In this document: one piece after another, positions 58,497-64,000 of the stretch
Layout of the letters: every line of letters starts with the position of its first letter
Numbering within the stretch: the first letter of the stretch is position 1
Assembly: GCA_038919385.1 (NCBI GenBank)
Contig: JBCKZH010000003.1
Coordinates: forward strand, 1,207-65,206
Direction: 5' to 3'
Source of the DNA: Vicinamibacterales bacterium
GTDB taxonomy: Bacteria; Acidobacteriota; Vicinamibacteria; Vicinamibacterales; UBA2999
DNA length: 64,000 bases
Translations under genes and position numbers: made by a program
The notes under the pieces: model-generated
The model's input: only the letters and a program-made list of their open reading frames with translations
What the model was told of the DNA's origin: nothing
Database searches by the model: none

Positions 58497-58528
58497 CTTG
58501 CGGCTTGCGGCTTGCGGCTTGGGGCTTG
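58497..58528. repeat. tandem heptamer array (C/G)GGCTTG x4-5 (CAAGCCN on the minus strand) in the gltX to PD40-amidohydrolase spacer
   Basis: cttgcggcttgcggcttgcggcttggggcttg read directly. It ends 11 nt upstream of the start codon at 58485. Confidence 0.9.
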
Positions 58529-58534
58529 AACGGG

Positions 58535-60010
58535 TCAGGTCAACATCTTCGCAATGAACGCTGCACGCTTCTGACAGCTCGCGACAGGCGCCAGCCCCGA
58601 ATCCCGCAGGTCGGCTGCACGGTCGATGGCGGGAACGATGAGGTCGAGTTCGGGGCCTTCGTACGCTCCAGTGAGAATTACGCGAATCGGATGGAACAGC
58701 GCTTTTCCTTTCAGCCCCGTACGGTCCTTTATTCGACCCGCGACCGCACGAAAGGTGTCTTTGTCGACCAGCCGCAGTCCGCTTGACAGCTCATCAGATA
58801 ACGCAGAGGACACGGCCGGCAGATTCGGCTCGTCCTCCAGTTCCAACGGAGCACCCGGCTGACGGAACACGGCCTCGATTCGATCCGCCAGTTGAGGCAA
58901 GCGATCGACCGACGATGCCATGGCGGGCAGCACCTGCTCGAGCCACGTGCGGGCGGCCGCCGACAGCGGTCCCACGATTTGTCCGCGCGCGCGCAAGTGC
59001 GGCTCGGCCAGCTCCGCGAGCCGATCGGGCGCACACTGCTTCAAGTAGTGGCGGTTCGCCCACGCCAGCTTGTCTTCATCAAACACGCCGGCGCTGTGCG
59101 CGACGTTCTCGAGGCGGAACCGGCGCGCCAGTTCAGTGGCCGGCAGCAGCTCCTCGTTCTGCCCCGGCGACCAGCCGATCAGCGCCAGGTAGTTCACGAG
59201 CGCCTCTGGCAGATAGCCTTTCTCGCGGAACTCGCGCACCGACGTGGCGCCGTGGCGCTTCGACAGCGGGGCGCGATCGGGGCCCATCACCAACGACAAG
59301 TGGGCAAAGGCCGGCGGCGTGTAGCCGAACGCCTCGTACAACAGGATCTGGCGCGGCGTATTCGAAATGTGATCCTCGCCGCGGATCACATGCGTCACCT
59401 TCATCAGCTGATCGTCAATCACCACCGCAAAATTGTACGCGGGGATGCCGTCGGAACGAACCAGAACGGGATCACCGATCACGTCGGTGTGAAACGTGAT
59501 CAGGCCGCGGACGACGTCGGTGAAGGCCACTTCGCGGCCTTCGGGTACGCGCAGGCGAATCACCGCGGCCTCGCCATTGGCACGACGCGCCGCCGCGTCG
59601 GCGGCAGGAATGTTCCGGCACGTGCCGGCGTACTTCGGCGGCAGGGCCGCGGCGAGCTGTGCCTTGCGCTGGGCATCAAGCGTCGCCGCCGGGCAGAAGC
59701 AGTAGTAGCCCTTCCCCTCCGCCAGCAGGCGGGCGGCGTGATCGGCATAGCTCGGGAGCCGCTCGGTCTGGCGATACGGGCCGAACTGCCCCCCCACTTC
59801 CACGCCCTCGTCCCACTGCAGACCCAGCCACCGCAAGTCGTTCAGGATGGCCTGCTCCGACTCCTTGGTCGACCGCTCGAAGTCGGTGTCTTCAATACGC
59901 AGGATGAACGTGCCCCCCTGGCCGCGTGCGAGCAGCCAGTTGAAGAGCGCCGTGCGGGCATTGCCGACATGCAGGTGGCCGGTGGGCGACGGGGCGAAGC
60001 GGACTCTCAT
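58535..60010 (-). CDS. gltX: glutamate--tRNA ligase
   Basis: 491 aa. MRVRFAPSPTGHLHVGNARTALFNWL (HIGH) and PLSKRHG (KMSKS-like). Confidence 0.95.
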   Translation of the reverse strand: MRVRFAPSPTGHLHVGNARTALFNWLLARGQGGTFILRIEDTDFERSTKESEQAILNDLRWLGLQWDEGVEVGGQFGPYRQTERLPSYADHAARLLAEGKGYYCFCPAATLDAQRKAQLAAALPPKYAGTCRNIPAADAAARRANGEAAVIRLRVPEGREVAFTDVVRGLITFHTDVIGDPVLVRSDGIPAYNFAVVIDDQLMKVTHVIRGEDHISNTPRQILLYEAFGYTPPAFAHLSLVMGPDRAPLSKRHGATSVREFREKGYLPEALVNYLALIGWSPGQNEELLPATELARRFRLENVAHSAGVFDEDKLAWANRHYLKQCAPDRLAELAEPHLRARGQIVGPLSAAARTWLEQVLPAMASSVDRLPQLADRIEAVFRQPGAPLELEDEPNLPAVSSALSDELSSGLRLVDKDTFRAVAGRIKDRTGLKGKALFHPIRVILTGAYEGPELDLIVPAIDRAADLRDSGLAPVASCQKRAAFIAKMLT

Positions 60011-60111
60011 GGATCTGCGGTCGATCTTATCAGCTTGAATCGATGCCTTTGGCGTATCCTTACAGGGGCGCGATTGAGCGCCATTGGAAGTCTGTGACCT
60101 GGAGGTTACTC

Positions 60112-60660
60112 ATGAAACGTACAGTCCTGATGGCGGCCGGCCTGCTCGCGTTCGCGACCAGCGCGTTCGCGCAGACCCCGGCGGAGGCCATCGAGAAGGC
60201 CCTGTCGGCGGCGCCGCGCAACGCCCGCGAAGCGGCCGCGGTGATCAAGTGGAAAGCCGATGGCACCTACGACACGCTGAAGCCTGGCACCAGCCGCCTG
60301 GTGTGCTACGACCAGTCGGGTGAATCCACCGAGCAGCCGTTTGCCGTGCAATGCACCAGCGCCGGCAACCTGCCGCGCGTGGCCGACAACAAGAAGTTCG
60401 AGAAGGAAGCGGATCGCGTCAAGCGCCAAGCCGCGCTTGATGCCGCGGAGAAGGATGGCACGCGCGTGAAGCCGGAATTCGGCGCCGTGTGGTATTCACT
60501 GAGCGGCGCCGACCAGGCCACCGCGCGCCTGCACGTCACCATCGCGGTGCCGGGCGCCACGACCGCCACCCTCGGCCTGCCGGACAACAACAAGATGGGC
60601 GGCGCCTGGATTATGGCTGCGGGCACGAGCTCGGCCCACATCATGACCCCCGGATCGTAA
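60112..60660 (+). CDS. secreted hypothetical protein
   Basis: ORF 60043..60660. Signal peptide from the internal Met (MKRTVLMAAGLLAFATSAFAQ). No family recognised. Confidence 0.55.
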   Translation: MKRTVLMAAGLLAFATSAFAQTPAEAIEKALSAAPRNAREAAAVIKWKADGTYDTLKPGTSRLVCYDQSGESTEQPFAVQCTSAGNLPRVADNKKFEKEADRVKRQAALDAAEKDGTRVKPEFGAVWYSLSGADQATARLHVTIAVPGATTATLGLPDNNKMGGAWIMAAGTSSAHIMTPGS

Positions 60661-61840
60661 CAGGCGTGAGCAGGGCCACGGCGTGGCAAGCCATTGCTTC
60701 GCCGCGGCCCGTGCTATCTACTCCCTCGTTGGTCTTCCCCTTCACGCTCACCGCCGCGACCTCCACCTGCAACGCGGCCGCCAGGTTCTCCCGCATCGCC
60801 TGGAGGTACGGGAGCAGCTTCGGCTGCTGCGCGATCACCGTCACGTCCACGTTCGAGACGCGATAGCCAGACGCGTGGACGTGCGCCAGCGCACCCTTGA
60901 GCAGCGCGATGCTGTCGGCGCCTTGCCACTTCGGATCGGTATCGGGAAACAGCCGGCCGATGTCGCCCACCGCGGCTGCACCCAGCACGGCATCAGTCAC
61001 CGCGTGGCAGACGATATCGGCATCGGAATGGCCATCCAGACCGAGTTCGAATGGGATGGTGACGCCTGCCAGGATCAGCGGCCGGCCCACCACCAGGCGA
61101 TGCAAGTCGTAACCGTTGCCGATGCGCAAGCCGCCGGCACTGAAGGGCCGGCCTTCTGGCGCCACCCGCCGCCGCGCCGCCGCCAAATCTTCCGGTGTCG
61201 TCACTTTGATGTTCCCTGGATCGCCATCGACGATGTGGACCGGTAAGCCGAGGCGTTCCACCAGCATGGCCTCGTCTGTCGCGTCGATGCCGCGGCCGGC
61301 CTCGAGCGCGCGCGCCAGCACATCGCGCCGAAAAGCCTGGGGGGTCTGGGCAAGGAACACGGTCTCCCGCGCGATGGTGGCGCGGATCGGCCGCGAGCCC
61401 CCGATTGCCGCTTCGCCCACCTGCTTCACGGTGTCCGTGACCGGCACGGCGGCGATGGCGGCGCCGTGCGTGCGGGCGGCGTCAACGGTGCGGGCGATGA
61501 TCTCGGCCGTCACGAACGGCCGCGCGGCGTCGTGGATCACGACGATGTCGGCAGCGAGCGAAGTCTTCGCAAACGCGCGGGCCACTGAATCCTGCCGCCG
61601 CTCGCCTCCCGCCACGAAGGCCAATGGCTTGGCCGACTTGCCTTCCCAGCTTTGCGAAATCGCCGCCAGGTAATCGTGCGGCACGGCCACCACGATCTCG
61701 TTGATGCGATCGCTGGCCGCGAGTACGTGCAGGCTCAAGTCGAGGATCGATTGCCCTCCCACCTCGAGAAACTGCTTGGGTCGGTCGGCGCCAAGCCGAA
61801 GTCCCCGTCCGCCGGCGGCGATGATGGCTGCTACGTGCAT
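60641..61840 (-). CDS. ispDF: bifunctional IspD/IspF (MEP cytidylyltransferase / MEcPP synthase)
   Basis: ORF 60641..61954. Start at the internal Met MHVAAIIAAGGRGLRLG (IspD P-loop). C-terminal GNGYDLHRL...GHSDADIVCHAVTDAVLGA (IspF). Confidence 0.92.
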   Translation of the reverse strand: MHVAAIIAAGGRGLRLGADRPKQFLEVGGQSILDLSLHVLAASDRINEIVVAVPHDYLAAISQSWEGKSAKPLAFVAGGERRQDSVARAFAKTSLAADIVVIHDAARPFVTAEIIARTVDAARTHGAAIAAVPVTDTVKQVGEAAIGGSRPIRATIARETVFLAQTPQAFRRDVLARALEAGRGIDATDEAMLVERLGLPVHIVDGDPGNIKVTTPEDLAAARRRVAPEGRPFSAGGLRIGNGYDLHRLVVGRPLILAGVTIPFELGLDGHSDADIVCHAVTDAVLGAAAVGDIGRLFPDTDPKWQGADSIALLKGALAHVHASGYRVSNVDVTVIAQQPKLLPYLQAMRENLAAALQVEVAAVSVKGKTNEGVDSTGRGEAMACHAVALLTPVTIRGS

Positions 61841-61943
61841 GGCGTGAAACGAAGATTGTACTCCGTGACGTCGATCCAGAAGGGCCGCGCGGTTGGTGCT
61901 GTTGGTGCTAGAATCGGCCCATCTCGCTGACCTCCCCCTGGTC

Positions 61944-64000
61944 ATGAACCGCACCGACGATCACGCCACCGTTAGAGTCGAGACGGCCGCGGGGCTAGCC
62001 GCCCTGGCGGAGCGCTACGACGACTTGCACGAGCTCGGGCGGGGCGGCATGGGTATCGTCTAACCGGGCGCGCGATAAGCAGACCGGCGATACAGTGGCC
62101 GTCAAGGTGCTGCGCGCCGAGGTGATGACCGACCCGCAGGCGGCGGAACGCTTCAAAGACGAGCTCCTGCTCGCCCGCCGCATCACCCATAAGAATGTGT
62201 GCCGCGTTTACGAGATCAATCGCTTTGCGAACGTCGCGGCGATCTCGATGGAGTACGTGGCGGGCGAGAGCCTTCGCGTGTTGCTAGAGCAGGTCGGCTC
62301 GGTCTCAGTGCGCCACGGCACTAGGATCCTCTCGCAGATTCTCGATGGCCTCGCGGAGGCCCACGCCCAAGGCGTGATCCATCGCGATCTCAAACCGGAG
62401 AACATCCTGATCGACGGGCAGGGCTGGGTCAAGGTGATGGATTTTGGCATTGCCCGCGCGACCGGCGGCCGCGACCACAGCACCACGACCACGTTGACCG
62501 GCACGCCGGCCTACATGAGCCCTGAGCAAATCGCGGGCAAGCCTGCCGACGCCCGGAGCGATATCTACGCGCTCGGGCTGATGATGTACGAGATGTTTTG
62601 CGGGCAACCGGCGTTCTCGGCCGACGATCCCATCGCCCTCTTCGCCAAGCAGACCGGCGACGTGCCGGCCAGGCCTCGCGATGTCGATCCCGACCTGCCG
62701 GCACGTATCGAACGTGTGATCCTGCGTTGTCTCGAAAAGCGACCCGAGCGCCGCTACCAATCCGCCGCCGAGGTCCTGCGAGCGCTCGCCAGCGAGGAAC
62801 TGGCCGCGAACACGCCGACACCGCGCGTGGAGAGCCTGCCTGCCTCGCTCGTGCGCTGGCAACAGTCCGACTGGGCGCTGCTCGTGCTAGCCGTGCTGGG
62901 AATGCTCGCATTCGTCCCGCTCTTCAGCGCGACGAACCTGAACTATCGAAGCCAAGTGACGTTCGATCGCGGGGCGCTCGAGCGAATCGGCCGCGAGCAT
63001 CGCCAGCGGCTGGGCGCATCACACTCGGCGGTCGCGAGTTCCGAGATCTATTCGTATCGAAGCGCCATCGCGTACTTGGCCGAAGAGGGTGGGCATCAAC
63101 AGGCGAGGGAACTGGCCGCCGAGACCGGGGTGTTCAGCTGGATTCTCCGTTTTGCGGACAGGTCCGTCATGCGCGTCGACCACACCGGGAATCTCATTGT
63201 TTTTTGGATCATCATCCTCGACCCCTCGGTTCGTCCGATGCCCGAGGATGCCGCGCGTCTGAAGGCCGAGCAGGCGCTGCGGGATTGGTTCGGAATCGAG
63301 CCTTCGAATGTGACCGTGATCGGCGCGGGCACGCTTGGCTCGCAACGCACGTTCGACTGGGAAAGCCCCGCAAAGTTTGCTGGCCTGACGCACAATTACA
63401 CGATCGGAGTGGGCGCGAAGGGACTCGAATACGTTTCACGTTATTTGAACACGCCGCCCGGGCACGTGCTGCCCTGGAGACCGTCCTTCGAAGGTTGGTA
63501 CACACCGGTGACCCTCGTCATCGTCTTTGTGCTGATGGGGTTTGGATTCATCGTCCGCCGCCGGATGACGAGATCGGAGCCGTGGCATCTCTGGTTGGCC
63601 GTTCCCATCGGGCTCGCAGGCGTCATGTTCGGATTAAACTATCTGGCCGGACGGGTGGAGGCCAGCCGGCTGGTCGTTGCCGCCGCGGTGGGCTTCACTG
63701 TGACAGCTGCCTGGATCCTGGTGTCAGCCGTCGTGGAGCATCTCCTCACGCGTCTGGATGCGAGGAAACTGATCAGTCTTCGATTCATGTTCAGTCGATC
63801 GGCCGGGGCCGCGCCAGTCGGATTGTCGGTGTTACGGGGTGCGCTGGTCGGCGTCGCCCTCCTTGGGCTGGACACCGCGGGCTTGTGGACCGCCACGAGC
63901 TATCTGGGCGCGACGCTGGATCTGGACGTTCACGTCTGGTTCGTCTCGATGGGATTGCATTACGGCGCGCTGACGGCGCTGGTCGCCGCCGTCGTGCAAG
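61944..64000 (+). CDS. Ser/Thr protein kinase fused to a multi-pass membrane domain; interrupted by a 1-nt insertion that creates TAA at 62061; open at the window end
   Basis: Own translation: MNRTDDHATVRVETAAGLAALAERYDDLHELGRGGMGIV* then, in the +1 frame from 62065, RARDKQTGDTVAVKVL ... VIHRDLKPENILI ... MDFGIAR ... GTPAYMSPEQ ... then TM segments (WALLVLAVLGMLAFVPLF and several more after 63490). Absent from the ORF track because it is open-ended. Confidence 0.85.

Noticed and set aside
62055-62070. Programmed +1 frameshifting in the kinase gene
   Set aside because: No upstream Shine-Dalgarno-like stimulator or recognised shift-prone motif is evident. The FG-GAP gene shows the same type of single-A lesion. 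A mutation or sequencing error is the simpler explanation.

Overview
High-GC (about 65%) bacterial chromosomal window. Nearly all conserved genes are on the minus strand. It holds the two halves of the translation/transcription supercluster. Half one (0.4-19.3 kb) is rpsL-rpsG-fusA followed by the S10, spc and alpha operons (rpsJ to rplQ, including secY, adk, map, infA, rpmJ, rpoA). Half two (40.6-54.6 kb) is tRNA-Thr/Tyr/Gly/Thr-tuf-rpmG-tRNA-Trp-secE-nusG-rplKAJL-rpoB-rpoC. A roughly 21 kb variable wedge (19.3-40.6 kb) separates them. It contains: a lower-GC islet with zinc-ribbon membrane proteins; a Rieske/cytochrome b operon that breaks off against a truncated cytochrome c gene; a TPR protein; a two-component pair; a TauE-like permease; a YWTD beta-propeller gene; a 3.5 kb junkyard of pseudogene fragments (P-type ATPase, IS66, rve transposase, serine hydrolase) bounded by an imperfect direct repeat; a Calx-beta lipoprotein; several toxin-antitoxin modules, some intact and some decayed; a DUF6152-centred secreted-protein cluster; and a decayed duplicate of the rpoC 3' end. 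The right end (54.7-64 kb) carries rlmB, a large PD40-propeller/amidohydrolase protein, gltX, fused ispDF and a Ser/Thr kinase interrupted by a single-base frameshift. I found no CRISPR array, no rRNA, no intact transposase or integrase, and no clearly recognisable multi-gene defence system. The most unusual items are: the cytochrome b/c breakpoint; the Cys-rich insertion in RpoB; the rpoC 3' pseudo-duplicate; the repeat-bounded junk island with an intact DUF4160/DUF2442-HTH pair; the DUF6152 cluster; conserved tRNA trailers with CCA-ended minihelices; and CAAGCCN heptamer repeats in 5' leaders. An Acidobacteriota-like origin is only a guess from gene content and cannot be verified without a database search. 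All family assignments come from reading the translations and from memory, not from searches.
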